A stretch of DNA of 64,000 nt from Somniosus microcephalus (GCA_052327205.1 CM126233.1:35960001-36024000), one strand, 5' to 3'; positions 44,721 to 58,400 are shown, counted from the first letter of the stretch. Notes: generated by a model from the letters alone, not told the origin. Translations and numbers: made by a program.

Positions 44721-46808
44721 CCGCCCGCCCCCCCTTCTTTCCCCCCCCTGGTCCCCACTCTGCCCCCTTCTTTCCCCCCGCCCCGGTCCCCACTCTGCCC
44801 CCTTCTTTCCCCCCCCCCCCCCTTCTTTCCCCCCCCCCTTCTTTCCCCCCCCCCGGTCCCGCTCTGCCCCCCTTCTTTCCCCCCCCCCCGCTCTCCCCCC
44901 TTCTTTCCCCCCCCCCGCTCTCCCCCCCTTTTTTCCCCCCCCGCCCCCGCTCTGCCCCCCTGCTTTTCCCCCCGCCCCCGCTCTGCCCCCCCCTGCTTTT
45001 CCCCCCCGCCCCCGCTCTGCCCCCCTGCTTTTTCCCCCCCCGCCCCCGCTCTGCCCCCCTTGCTTTTCCCCCCCGCCCCCGCTCTGCCCCCCTTCTTTTC
45101 CCCCCCGCCCCCGCTCTGCCCCCCCTTCTTTCCACCCCCGCCCCCGCTCTGCCCCCCTTCTTCCCCCCCCCGCCCTGCCCCCCTCTTTCCGCCCCCGCCC
45201 CCGCTCTGCCCCCCCCCACCCTGCCCCCCTTCTTTCCGCCCCCGCCCCCGCTCTGCCCCCCTTCTTTTCCCCCCCGCCCCCGCTCTGCCCCCCTTCTTTT
45301 CCCCCCCCGCCCCCGCTCTGCCCCCCTTCTTTTCCCCCCCGCCCCCGCTCTGCCCCCCTTCTTTTCCCCCCGCCCCCGCTCTGCCCCCCTTCTTTTCCCC
45401 CCCGCCCCCGCTCTGCCCCCCTTCTTTTCCCCCCCGGTCCCCGCTCTGCCCCCCTCACCGGTCCCCGCTCTGCCCCCCCCTGTCCCCGCTCTGCCCCCTC
45501 ACCCACCCCCGGTCCCCGCTCTGCCCTCCTCCTCCCCCCGGTCTGCCCTCTATCCCCGCTCTGCCCCAAGCCTCTCTCACCCTCGCCGCCATCTTCTCTC
45601 CCGTTGCCCCGGTGACCACCGACGGGCCCGAGCTTGTCGCGGGATGATGACGTCAGTGGAATGCCCATATACGGAGAGAGGCGCTGTCAATCAAAGGAGC
45701 TGAGCACTGGCACTTCTGTACATGGGACAGGATGGGCTGCATTTGAATGAATCAGGACTTGCCCAATGATTAAACATAGCTTGCACAATCTATATCCACC
45801 ATTGTGACTTTTATGATAAAGAAAAAGACTTGCATTTGTATAGCGCCTTTCACGACCAAATGTGCAAGCTGTGGGTCGCACTCTGGCCTCTGAGTCAGAA
45901 GGTTGTGGGTTCAAATCCCACTCCAGGGACTTGAGCACAAAAATCCAGGCTGACACTCCCAGTGCAGTGCTGAGGGAGTGTCGCACTGTCGGAGGTGCCG
46001 TCTTTCAGATGAGACGTTAAACCGAGGCCCCGTCTGCTCTCTCAGCCGGACGTAAAAGATCCCACGGGCACTATTTCGAAGAAGAGCAGGGGAGTTCTCC
46101 CCAGTGTCCTGGGGCCAATATTTATCCCTCAACCAACATCACTAAAACAGATGAGCTAGTTATTATCGCATTGCTGTTTGTGGGAGCTTGCTGCGCGCAA
46201 ATTGGCTACTTCAAAAAGTAAATCATTGACTGTAAAGCGCTTTGGGTCATCCGATGGACGTGAAAGGTGCTATAGAAATGCAAGTCTTTCTTTTTCTTTC
46301 ACAACTACAGGACGTCCCAAAGCGCTTTGCAGCCAACGAAGTACTTTTTGAAGTGTTGTAATGTAGGAAACGCTGCAGCCAAATTGCACACAGCAATACA
46401 ATTGCATTTAGTTGGAGACAAAACCCGTAGGAAGTTTCTGTTGAAATTGCCCATTCATTATTTCTATCTAATTGATTGAGATCAGGTTGAATCTTCTCAG
46501 TACTGCGCTGCAATCAATGGGGCTGCTCTGTGGCACCAACCTCTGCTGGAGTAAGGAAGCTGACGCCTGCTAAACTGTCTTTTTTTGGCCAGGTTTCTCC
46601 CCGCCCTTTAGGACAATGACTCCTTGCTGAGATTCAGTTCCATGGATTCTGGACTCCTCGGGTGCAGCACCTTGAGAAAAAGTCTCAGCCGACCATTCTG
46701 TCTGCTTCACTGGCCTTCCCCAGTACCTTATTCCGTGATAAGTCTTAAACCCCTTGTGCATAAAAGTTCCCCCCCCCCCCCCGACCCTCCCATCTTACTC
46801 CTAACTTG
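44721..46808. repeat. Second copy of the intron 1 minisatellite end, unc45a exon 1 (45581-45592) and upstream region; duplicate of ~42880-44220
   Basis: Offset 2587 bp, only a few substitutions; first copy ends exactly at the gap. Confidence 0.93.
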
Positions 46809-47287
46809 CTTATTTTTTTAACTTATTTCCCTTGACAATTGAACCATTCAGCACAGTGAGAATTGTTTACCTGCTTCAATTTTGGAAAGCGTCAGTGAAC
46901 TTTCCTTAAACTCTCTTTTTTCCACAAAGTAAACAAGCTCAACATCATGAGCCATTCCTCATAAAATAATTTACACAGAATTACACAGCATTTACCGCAC
47001 AGCAACAGGCCATATGGTCCTATGCCAGAGTTTATGTTCCACATGAACCTCCTCCAACTCTATTTACTAACTTCTGAACCAATCAGCTTATCCTTCTATT
47101 CCTTTATCCCTCATGTACATATCTAGCTTCTCTTGACTGATGGAATAATCTTCACTGCTTGTCTCTGTACCTCTGTCCCAGGGCAATATTTATCCCGTAA
47201 GTGATTAAATGACCAGAGGTGCATTATCTATAGGCTCAGTTAATAAAATCAGATAAATAAATATCTGCTGCAGTTGTTAAATATGAA

Positions 47288-47710
47288 AAAGACTTGCATT
47301 TCTATAGCGCCTTTCACGACCACCGGACGTCCCAAAGCGCTTTACAGCCAATGAAGTACTTTTTGAAGTGTGGTCACTGTTGTAATGTAGGAAACGCGGC
47401 AACCAATTTGCGCACAGCAAGCTCCCACAAACCGCAATGTGATAATGACCGGATAATCTGTTTTTGTTATGTTGGTTGAGGGATAAATATTGGCTCAGGA
47501 CACCAGGGAGAACTCCCCTGCACTTCTTCGAAACAGTGGCCGTGGGATCTTTTACGTCCACCTGAGAGAGAGCAGACATGGCCTCGGTTTAATGTCTCAT
47601 CCGAAAAACGGCACCTCCGACACTGCAGCGCTCCCTCAGTACTGCTCCTCCGACAGTGCAGCACTCCCTCAGTACTACACTGGAGTGTCAGCCTAGCTTT
47701 ATGAGTCGCA
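47288..47710 (-). mobile_element. Deu-domain SINE
   Basis: Tail, Deu block and two 33-bp units. Confidence 0.8.
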
Positions 47711-48414
47711 CAGAACCTGAAGTGACACAAAAGCGTGTGATAAATCATATTTTATTCTATTATTTTTACAGGCAAGTGGTTTGTACAATATCATCCTGTA
47801 ACTCTACCTCCAGAATCATCACCAAATGTACTGAAATGTGTTTTTGAAGTGTTGGTGTCGGTTTGGCTCAGTTTGTGGCACTCTCACTCCTCGGTGATCA
47901 GTTTGTGAATTTGAGTTCGAGCTCCACTCTGAAGACATAATCCAGGCCGACACTCCAGTGCAGCACTGAGGGAGTGCTGCTCAGTCAGAGATGCCGTGCT
48001 TCAGTCGTGATGTTAAACTTGGAGTGCCGACTGCCTGTTCTGGGGTTCGAGGAGAGGTTAAAGATCCCACAGGACTATTCAAAGAAGAGCAGGGAGTTCT
48101 CCCGGTGTCCTGGCCACTGTGAATTCCCACCACCAACCCCCTCCGGCCCACACCACAAAAAAGACACTAAATGCTGGTCAGTCGGACTCTGCTTGTTGTA
48201 TTTTGCACTTCAGAAAGAATTCATGCGCGAGGCTCTGAGAGCTTTTGACATGATACTGTGCTGTAGGAATTAGGTTATTTTACAGCACATATATCTATAA
48301 AAAATACTTAATTCAGAGTGAGGAAGAAACAGAAAGTGGTTCGTCCCCATGCTGTGGAATCACGAGCAAAAAAAGTTTTGAGTCGTAGAGAAAATATTTG
48401 TATTTCTGCAGCAC

Positions 48415-49250
48415 TAGGAAACACAGCAGCCAATTCGCGCACAGCAAGCTCCCACAAACAGCAATGTGATGATGACCAGATCATCGGTTTTATTGATGTT
48501 AGTTGAGGGATAAATATTGGCCCAGGACACCGGGGAGAACTCCCCTGCTCTTCTTCGAAATAGTGGCCATGGAATCTTTTACATCCACCCAAGAGAGAGC
48601 AGACGGGGCCTCGGTTTAACGTCTCATCTGAAAAACGGCACCTCCAACAGTGCGGCACTCCCTCAGTACTGCTCCTCCGACAGTGCAGCGCTCCCTCAGT
48701 ACTGCTCCTTCGACAGTGCAGCGCTCCCTCAGTACTGCTCCTCCGACAGTGCGGCGCTCCCTCAGTACTGCCCCTCCGACAGTGCGGCGCTCCCTCAGTA
48801 CTGCCCCTCCGACAGTGCGGCACTCCCTCAGTACTGCCCCTCCGACAGTGCGGTGCTCCCTCAGCACTGCTCCTCCGACAGTGCAGCGCTCCCTCAGTAC
48901 TGCCCCTCCGACAGTGCGGCGCTCCCTCAGTACTGCCCCTCCGACAGTGCGGCGCTCCCTCAGTACTGCCCCTCCGACAGTGCGGCGCTCCCTCAGTACT
49001 GCCCCTCCGACAGTGCGGCGCTCCCTCAGTACTGCCCCTCCGACAGTGCGGCGCTCCCTCAGTACTGCCCCCCCCCCCCCCCGACAGTGCGGCGCTCCCT
49101 CAGTACTGCCCCTCCGACAGTGCAGCACTCCCTCAGCACTGCACTGGGAACATCAGCCTAGATTTTTATGCTCGCATCTCTGGAGTGGGACTTGAACCCA
49201 CGACCTTCTGACTCAGAGGCGAGGGTGCTGCCCACTGAGCCACGGCTGAC
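48415..49250 (-). mobile_element. Deu-domain SINE with about 15 tandem 33-bp units
   Basis: tRNA head at ~49185-49250, expansion 48645-49145, Deu block. Confidence 0.88.
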
Positions 49251-50429
49251 TCCGTATCTACGTTATAAAGTGTGTCTCTTTACAATTTGAAAAATACCGG
49301 AGGAATGTTCTGAGTCTGTCACCATGTTCACACAGACCATAAAAAACAAAGACTGAGCGACTAACTGAATTAAAGACACATGCGCTGAGGTGACCACATC
49401 AGACCGTCAACAGTATGGACCAGACGCTCCGGGTTCAATACGCGATCTCAGTTAGTAGAGTGGTGGGGGTGGGGGGGCGGGGCGGGGGCAGTAAAAGCTG
49501 CTGCAGGGTCCCTGGGCTGTTGAAGGGCAGAAAGAGTCTGCCGGGATCCCTCGCTCCTGATCGCTGTCCAGTGACTCCTACTGGAAAGTGCATGCCGGAG
49601 GAGAGGAGAGGATTGGGAGCGCTGAGACCCACAGTGAAGAGTGGATACCGGGACCAGGTACGGTGGGCTGCCCCCACCAGTGGGTGATCATGGCACGGAA
49701 CCTTCAGGGTTAGAGGGGAAGAAAATTGGAGGGAGCAAGATAAAATAGTTGGTCTCATCACTAATCACAAAGACATCAGGAGGGGTCAAATTCCGATACG
49801 CATCACCGGGGGTGGGGGGAGGGAGGCAGGAATAACTCCCCCGCTCAAGGTTCCTGCCCAGCCGCTGTCTGTACCGAACAGCTACTCCTCCGCAGGTAAC
49901 CTGGGAGATCAGTTTGCCATCACGGAGTCACAGAATTCGAACCCATCCAGTGCAGCTGGATTGCGTGGGTCAAAGTCTGACCCAGGGTAAACAGGGAACA
50001 CAGGAACACAGGAATCACTGGAAGAAAGAAGATCACAGTCCATCTGGTTCACCTTCTCCCATCCTGGTAGTCCCACGATACAGCGATAATGGAGTTGTTG
50101 ACCAATCACAGCGATCAATCTCTATCAGTGTGTCTACAACAGACACAGACACGAGGCGAGGAAAACCCCCAGTGGGGGAGAGCTTTGGGAACCAGAGGTT
50201 CCTCCCGAGCACGCTGCACTCACCACACGTCACGTCTCAAATTACTCAGATACTGCATCCCAAAATGTTATTTTCTGAAAGAAATCTCATTAATTTGCAT
50301 TGCCTGAACTGAGCCGTACCAAAGTCACCCTGGGTACAAGTGCACTCAGTGCGATTTCATCGTATTTAAAATAGCTGCTCTCCTGTGGCATTGCTCACAA
50401 GGTAGGCTGGAGTCTGAGACATGAAAAGA

Positions 50430-50710
50430 AAGAAAGAACTTGCATTTCTATAGCGCCTTTCACAACCTCAGGACATCCCAAAGCGCTTCACAGCCGATGA
50501 AGTACTTTTTGAAGTGTAGTCACTGTTGTAATGTTGGAAACGCGGCAGCCAATTTGAGCACAGCAAGCTCCCACAAACAGCAATGTGATAATGACCAGAT
50601 AATCTGTTGGTTGAGGGGTAAATATTGGCCAGGACACCGGTCCTTCTTCTAAATAGCGCCGTGGGATCTTTGTAAATCATCTGAGAGGGCGGGGGGGGGG
50701 GCCATGTCTC
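50430..50710 (-). mobile_element. Deu-domain SINE 3' part
   Basis: Tail CTTGCATTTCTATAGCGCCTTT... Confidence 0.75.
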
Positions 50711-51319
50711 ATTCAGGGCACTGCCCAAGTTCCCTGTGGGGAACCCAGGTAAAAGTAACTGCTTTGAAATTGCCGAGGTCACTTAGGGGCTAGTACATGG
50801 CTTGTTAATTTCGGGCTCTGGATCAGAAGAACCCAGCATGAAATTCATAGAATGACACAGCACAGGAGGAGGCCCTTCGGCCCGTTGTGCCTGTGCCGGC
50901 TCGGTGAACAAGCTGCCCAGTTAGTCCCACTCCCCCGCTGCCCTTTCCCCATAGCCCCGCAAGTTAGTCCTCTTCAATTCCTGGGCTTCCTGTTCCGATT
51001 GTTTTGACACCAGGAGCCTGAGCGATGTGTACTAGGCACATGACTTTCTATATATTAAAAAAAACTCTGTGTGACCTTAGCTTCTGTTTACTTAACAATG
51101 TGGCCTTTAAGGGACACAGCTCCCCTTTAGGAGAAGAACACCATTGAACATTACATGGAAATAACGGTGAGATGTTCTGCTGCGATGCTGCACTGTATAA
51201 AGGCAGGCGCTATTGTTGGACTCCTTCCTATCCTAATACAGGGGCCCTACCCCATGGCACTGAGGCCCAACTGCAGCACCTCAAGCGGGCTCAGCAAACT
51301 CAGCACAGTCTCCTGGTTT

Positions 51320-51660
51320 TGATGGAGTAAATAAGGAGAAACTGTTTCCAGTGGCAGGAGGGTCAGTAACCAGAGGACACAGATTGAAGATCATTGGCAA
51401 AAGAACCAGAGGGGAGATGAGGAGACATTTATTTTACGCAGTGAGTTGTTGTGATCTGGAACGCGCTGCCTGAAAGGGCGGCGGAAGCAGATTCAATAGT
51501 AACTTTCAAAAGGGAATTGGATAAATAATTGAAAAGGAGAATTTTGCAGGGCTCTGGGGAAAGAGCAGGGGAGTGGGACTAATTGGAGAGCTCATTCAAA
51601 GAGCCGGCACAGGCACGATGGGGCGAATGGCCTCCTTCTGTGCTGTACCAGTCTATGATC
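51320..51660 (+). mobile_element. CR1 3' fragment
   Basis: GAGAAACTGTTTCCA...TTTTACGCAGTGAGTTGTT..TCTGGAACGCGCTGCCTG plus 3' UTR. Confidence 0.8.
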
Positions 51661-51858
51661 TGTACGATTTAATATTACACCATGAGCACAATGACCCTAC
51701 CAGTCCATCAGAGGTGCCCAAAATCTACGACCTTGTCCTTGACATTGCAATGGTGAAACTTGCTGTCGGTCCATCTGATGGGGAGATTGGAGCTGGACGC
51801 CTGATGCAAGAGGCAGCACACAACCTCTGTCCAGGCACGTCCAGCAATGAAAGAGTCT

Positions 51859-52117
51859 TTAACTGGCAGGAGCCGCCAAGCCGCCTGATGACCACTGACC
51901 CAGCGATGACCTTTCACCCAGCTTTATGCCGCCCGCCTCAGCGTCGTGCCTGGCTTGGTTTCCGTGGCCGCCATTGCAGCATCCGCATAGGCCGCAGGGA
52001 GTCTGGCACCGCCCGAGATTGTATCTGCTTAGCGTGCAGTAATGAAACAGGTCCATCAACAACAGGGCGACAACACACAGACCGTAAACAAGGACAGCAA
52101 ACATCGATCCGTAATTA
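51859..52117 (-). CDS. SHISAL1 (KIAA1644)-like protein, last coding exon (TM helix plus Cys-rich tail)
   Basis: cccag|T AAT TAC; NYGSMFAVLVYGLCVVALLLMDLFHYC resembles recalled SHISAL1 [26 protein letters not shown]; TAA at 51859-51861. Confidence 0.85.
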
Positions 52118-52164
52118 CTGGGGGTGAGAAAGCAACAGACACTGATTAGTGACCAACAAAGGGA

Positions 52165-52780
52165 GTAATTACAACAACAATGTGCATTTATACAGCGCCT
52201 AGTAAAACGTCCCAAAGCGCTTCACAGGAGCGATTATCAAACAAAATTTGACACCGAGCCACATAAGGATAAATTAGGGCAGGTGACCAAAAGCTTGGTC
52301 AAAGAGGTAGGTTTCCAGGAGCATCTTAAAGGAGGAGAGAGAGGCGGAGAGGTTACGGAAGGGAATTCCAGGGCTTAGGGCCCAGGCAGCTGAAGGCACG
52401 GCCGCCAATGGTGGAGCGATTATAATCAGGGATGCTCAAGGGGGCAGAATTGGAGGAGCGCAGATATCACAGGGGGTTGTGGGGGCTGGAGGAGGTTGCA
52501 GAGCTAGGGAGGGGCGAGGCCAGGAGCCAATGTAGGTCAGCGAGCACAGGGGTGATGGGTGAACGGGACTCGGTGCAAGTTAGGACACGGGCAGCCGAGT
52601 TTTAGATGACCTCAAGTTTACGGAGGGTAGAATGTGGGAGGCCGGCCAGGAGTACGTTGGAATAGTCAAGTCTAGAGGTAACAAAGGCATGGATGAGGGT
52701 TTCAGCAGCAGATGAGCTGAGGCAGGGGCGGAGACGGGCGATGGTACAGAGGGGCAAATAGGCGGTCTTAGTTACAGCAA
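52165..52780 (-). mobile_element. L2-like LINE 3' fragment
   Basis: Reverse complement of the same family as 31115-31583 and 32340-32832. Confidence 0.8.
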
Positions 52781-53692
52781 TTACAGCACAGGGAGGAAGA
52801 AAATCTCATCAACTCAATCTCAATCACAGAGACAAACAGCAGTAAAGCAACCTTCCCCAGTATGGCTCAGTTATTGGGTGCACTGGTCACTGTGGAGCTT
52901 GGCTGCCCCGACTCAATCCTCGAGGCTCGATGCCCGGTCTGAGCTTAGTTAGCTGACCTCAGACATGGCAATAAAAGGCAAGACATTTGGTGTCAGTACC
53001 CCTGGGTTATGGACGGACCCTCACCCCCATGGCCATGAACATGTGTGTTTCCAAGGGGTGGTGGGGGGGGTCACTGGGTAGCGAACAGAAGCGGGAACAT
53101 TGGCTGAATTTCGCCCCTCCCTGTCTCAGTGCTACTGAGTCCAGTTGTTTCACCTCGAGATCTGCTAACTCAACGCGGACTGGTGACTGAAAAGCTTCAA
53201 AGCTTCCACAATCAGGATCACCGTCCCTCTACTATTTTTCACCTTCCTAGTCCTTAAGATTCAATTCCATGCAACCCATTTTCCTTTTAACTGAGCCACT
53301 GGGGGAGCCCTAGTCCTTTGCAGTTGTCCCTGCACCGAACACCACCCCCTTCAAAGCCGTCACAAGCAGGATGTTATAAATCTCATCATCAAGAAACTAC
53401 TTATGAAATAACACTGGACGGCCAGCTGGTGGTGCCGTCCAAGGAGTATAAATACTCGGGCATGGGCCCAGCTTTCCAGGGACATTTTGTAAGACAAGGA
53501 ACTAGTGAAGTACAACTAGACCTCCATGTTCTGAAACAAGTTGATTAAAGCTTTGCTTTATACTCAAACCAAGTGCGTAGTGAGTTTTATTACATCACAA
53601 GTAGGATAGCTGCCCTGCTAACCTGCACTGTTACCCCTCACCTCTACAGCAGCCAGCACTTGCACCTTGAGGTGTTTCATGCTCATACATAC

Positions 53693-53900
53693 ACAGTGCT
53701 CCTCGTGGGCGCAGTCTGGTTGATTTTCATCGTGCTCTGAAATTCAGACTCGTTGCAACAATATTTCAGCGCTTGGTTACTTTGACGGCAGCAGTAAGTA
53801 CGTTTCCGTTCATCACTGAGTCGTGGACAGTGGAATCCGGAGTGATACAGTTCCACGGCATCCAGGTACGGCTCGCAGGTCCTGTACAAGGAAACAGAAA
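53693..53900 (-). CDS. SHISAL1-like protein, coding exon 2 (Cys-rich Shisa-like ectodomain)
   Basis: tccag|TT TCT...ACT GT|gtatgt; YRTCEPY...GFHCPRLSD...CC...KYCCNESEFQ resembles recalled SHISAL1 FRVCEPY...GFHCPRLSD...CC...KYCCNETEFQ; phase 1 to phase 2. Confidence 0.9.
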
Positions 53901-54670
53901 CTGGACAGCGAGAGGTTATTGTCAGCTCAACGTGTGTTGTGGCTTCATATTAACAGACTTACAACTTTAATTCAGGGCAGCAACGCAGCCACATTCAGAA
54001 CAATTTAAATATTTTAGGAAACTGGGCCAGCAGGTGGCAGATGCAGTTCGATGTAGACAACCCACAAATAATTAGTCGTGAAGCATCATTTTGGTTTTCT
54101 GCCTCTTCTATATCCTCCCTTCCTCATCTGCAGGCACAGGCTCCTGCTGGGGCAAAGACACCAGAGCCAGCTCCAGTATTTTAACCAGGTGACTATTTTT
54201 TATGCATTAGCCTAGATAGCAAGTGTCAATGCTTTTTGACCCGTGGAGGGTACCATGCATGGCCCCTATCCTGTCCTCACCCAGTGTTCATACCAACTTC
54301 CCAGCAGCAGTGGCTGGACAGTGATGAGGAATAGAGGTAGTGGCTCAGTGGGTAGCACTCTCGCTTCTGAGTCAGAAGGTTGTGGGTTCAAGTCCCACTC
54401 CAGAGACTTGAGCACAAAAATCTAGGCTGATGCTCCCAGTGCAGAACTGAGAGAGTGCTGCACTGTTGGAGGGTCAGTACTGAGGGAGCGCTGCACTGTC
54501 AAGGGGCAGTACCAAAGGAGTGCTGCACTGTCGGAGGGGCAGTACTGAGGGAGCTCCTCCCTGTCAGAGGGGCAGTACTGAGGGAACGCTGCACTGTCGG
54601 AGGTGCCGTCTTTTGGCTAGGACATTAAACCAAGACCCCAGCTGCCCTCTCAGGTGGACGTAAAAGATTC

Positions 54671-54861
54671 TGTACTGTATGTACCTTTAAGAGGAACTAT
54701 GTTTTTGAAGCCCCTGTATACTGTAGTACCAGTAGTGACCACTCGGGTATATAAACCTGTGTAGCGTCTTGTGTAGTTAGTTCACCTCCAGACTTTGTTC
54801 AGTAAACACTTGTTAAATCAACTCCTGCATTCCGTGTCTCCATTAACACACAAATCTAACA
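54671..54861 (+). repeat. 5' LTR (191 bp)
   Basis: Five mismatches to the 3' LTR by manual comparison; TATA-like TATATAAA and AGTAAA signal. Confidence 0.95.
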
Positions 54862-55448
54862 GTGGCGACGAGTTAGAAACGAACTTACCTGCAATTCGGC
54901 AGCACCTCAAGGGGATCGATTCCTCAGACGAAGGTCGAAGCCAGAAGCAAGAAGAAAAAAAAACCTGTGGTTTCACCAGCTAAACGGGCTGGTGGCAGGT
55001 AGTGCACTGATCCTTCCTGGGCTGTGGCGGGCTAGAGCTCGATCGGGTGGCTCTGCAACGGGGCCGGGCAGCAAGTCGGGAAGCAGAAGCAAAGAGAGAG
55101 AGAGGGTGGAGCACTCAGGGCGCGGCCGGTGCTGCAAAGCAGGTCGGCATTCGGACCGAGCAGAGGGAGGGGAAAGTCCCAGAGGGTCCGCTCCACGACG
55201 GGAATGGTTCTCCAAGTAACGGAGAAACTATTGAAGCGATATATAAAAAAAAAAATAGAAATACCGCGAAAAGCTGCAGGTCGCAACGGGAACCGCGGAG
55301 AACAGCGTTGGCAGCAGCGGCAGCGGCGGGAAAGCGCGGGAGGCGCCATCTTAACTCGGCGGGGAAGAAAGAAAAGCGCGGGAGGCGCCATTTTGATCCA
55401 TCGGGGAACGGAGGAAAAGCGCGGGAAGCGCCATTTTAGATTTTCAAG

Positions 55449-58400
55449 ATGCCGAAGACTGGCAATATTACTGCTTTCGATAGTGATATAGAGGATTGGA
55501 CCACATATGTGGAAAGAGTGGAGGTATATTGCAAGGTGAATGAAGTAGCGGATGATAAAAAGGCATCAGTACTTCTAAATCTGATGGGTGCAAGGACATA
55601 CGGGCTGTTACGAAACTTGATCACTCCAGCCAAACCGATGGACAAGAATTTTAAGGAGATTGTTGATACCTTACAGGAGCACTTAAACCCAACACCGCTG
55701 CTGATAGCGGAACGATTCAAATTCTTCAGGAGGAATCAGCACAAGAATGAAAGTAACGCTGATTATCTCACCGAATTAAGAAAGCTGTCAAAGCACTGCC
55801 AATTCGGGGCAGGACTGGCAGATTCTCTACGAGACAAATTCGTCTGCGGTCTCCTAAGTGAAGGAACACAGAAAAGACTACTTTCTGAGAAAGATTTGAC
55901 ATTGGACAAGGCTTTCAGTGTGGCTGTATCATACGAAGCAGCAGCAAGAGGAGCTGCAGAGATACAGCAAAAGCCACAGGACTTCGGCACCCATGAAATG
56001 ACACGGGGTTTCGAGAGATGTTATCGCTGCGGCAGATCCACCCATGACCAGAAGGACTGCTGGTTCAAGGACAAAGCATGCAGGCAATGCGGAAAGATGG
56101 GACACATTGCACGTGTATGCAGATCTGGAAAGAAATCCGCTGACAGTAAAAAGGTCAATAAGGAAAAGTACAGAAAGGTACAAATGATGACGGACAGTAG
56201 CTCCGAAGACCAGAAGAGCGGTAGCGACTCCGGAAACAAGAGACTAAGCTGTCTCAAATTACATAATGTAATTGCCAAAGAAGATTACCAGACCATTTGG
56301 GTTACCCTCATGATAGCGGGGTCCCCAGTCAAAATGGAGCTAGATACAGGATCAGCTCTGACCGTCATAAGTCGACGGGATTACGAGCGGCTATTTCCGC
56401 ATATACCTTTGAAAGACACATCCATTATCTTGAAGACATATACGGGGCAGAAAGTATACCCCAGAGGGAAAATAAGGGTGCCTGTTGTATACAACGGCAA
56501 GGAAATACAGAAGTTGTATTTATACCTTCTGCAAGATGGTGGTCCACCGTTGTTGGGACGTGAATGGATCAGAAAGATACGGGCACTGACGGTGACCAGT
56601 AAGAAAAAAAATGATGATGATGTCATACCTGGACGATTAAAAGAAATCTTGGCTAACGCCAAAGAAGTGTTTCAACAGGAACTAGGAACCCTGAAAGGCG
56701 CCACCGCCTCAATAAAAGTGGGAGATGCGGCAATTCCCAAGTTTTTTTTAAGGCAAGGCCGGTGCCATACGCAATTCGTCCAGCCGTCGAGGCAGAGCTG
56801 GAGAATTTGGAAAAAGCAGGCGTGTTATCCAAGGTAGATTGGAGCGAGTGGGCAACACCCATCGTCCCGGTCATGAAGAAAACGTTGAATAATGATAAAT
56901 CTGAAGAACAGAGAAAAGTTCGCATCTGTGGGGATTTCAAGGTGGCTGTAAACCCGGTTCTTCACACGGTACAGTATCCTCTTCCGAGGATAGAAGATAT
57001 TTTCGCCTCACTATCCGGAGGGAAACGTTTCACCAAAATTGACTTAGCACAGGCATATCTACAGGTGGAGGTTGAGGAGGCCTCCAAAAAGTATCTCACG
57101 ATAAACACACACAAAGGCCTGTACCAGTACAATCGACTGGTTTTCGGAGTGGCATCAGCTCCGGCTATCTGGCAAAGAGCTATGGAGCAAATCCTGCAAG
57201 GGATTCCGGGGACTCAATGCTACCTAGACGACATCCTTGTATCAGGAGAAAACGACAACGAGCACCTTGCCAACTTGGAGTAGGTGTTCACGAGGCTGAG
57301 AGAACAGGGCCTACGAGCAAATCGCCCCAAGTGCGAATTTTTCCAGAAACAAATATCATATTGTGGCCATGTCATTAACGAAGAAGGGTTGCATAAGTCA
57401 CCTGAAAAAATTGAAGCTGTCGTAAAGGCCCCAGCGCCTGAAAATGTCTCACAATTAAGGTCGTTCCTGGGATTAGTAAATTACTATCATAAATTTTTAC
57501 CAAACTTGTCGACGGTTCTGCACCCTCTTAACGCACTGCTACAAACAGGAGTAGTTTGGAAATGGAGCGAAGACTGTAAACGTGCCTTCCATAAATGCAA
57601 AGGCTTGATCACGTCCAGGGAAGTGTTGGCTCATTACAACCCATCACTGCCAATCAGACTGGCGTGCGATGCATCCCCTTATGGCGTGGGAGCGGTATTA
57701 TCGCATAGATTCCCTGATGGCTCGGAGCGGCCGATAGCTTTTGTGTCACGCTCATTGAACTCAGCTGAGCGTAACTATGCCCAGATCGACAGGGAGGCAC
57801 TCAGCCTGGTGTGGGGGGTGAAGAAATTCAACCATTACCTACACGGACAAAAATTTACCTTGTTGACTGACCATCAACCCCTCGTCTCCATATTCAACCC
57901 TAAAAAGGGCGTTCCCATTATGACAGCGCAAAGGCTACAGAGGTGGTCCCTTTTCCTAGGGGCACACCAATATGACATAGAATACAAAGGAACAAAACAG
58001 CATGGGAATGCTGACGGGTTATCGCGCCTACCGTTGCCAACGGTGGAAGAGGCGCCTACAGTGGACCCAGTGGAGATGTTCCACTCGACCATAGTGGAAT
58101 GTCTACCGGTGACAAATTCTACCATTGAAAAGGAAACGCGAAATGACCCGACTCTCTCACGAGTCTACGATTTAACGGTGAAGGGATGGCCAGCACATGG
58201 CGAACCACTGTTGCCAGCACTCTCGCAAAGAAGAGAACAGCTGTCAGTGTGCCGAGGAACCTTGATGTGTGGATCCAGAGTGGTGATTCCACCCAAACTC
58301 AAGGATAGAGTGCTAAAGGAGCTTCACGAGGGGCATCTGGGTGGAGTGAAAATGAAGAACTTAGCCAGAGCGTTTGTGTGGTGGCGAGGTATCGATGGAG

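Noticed and set aside
35540-45668. Long ORFs (300-900 aa) rich in G/R/P or repeating RTADAVSP motifs
   Set aside because: They are translations of stop-free minisatellites (and of the N gap) inside unc45a introns; open in several frames on both strands
49890-50140. Exon-like segment on the minus strand with a good acceptor (TGTTGTAG)
   Set aside because: No recognisable protein in any frame; at most an untranslated exon of the SHISAL1-like gene, not supportable without RNA data
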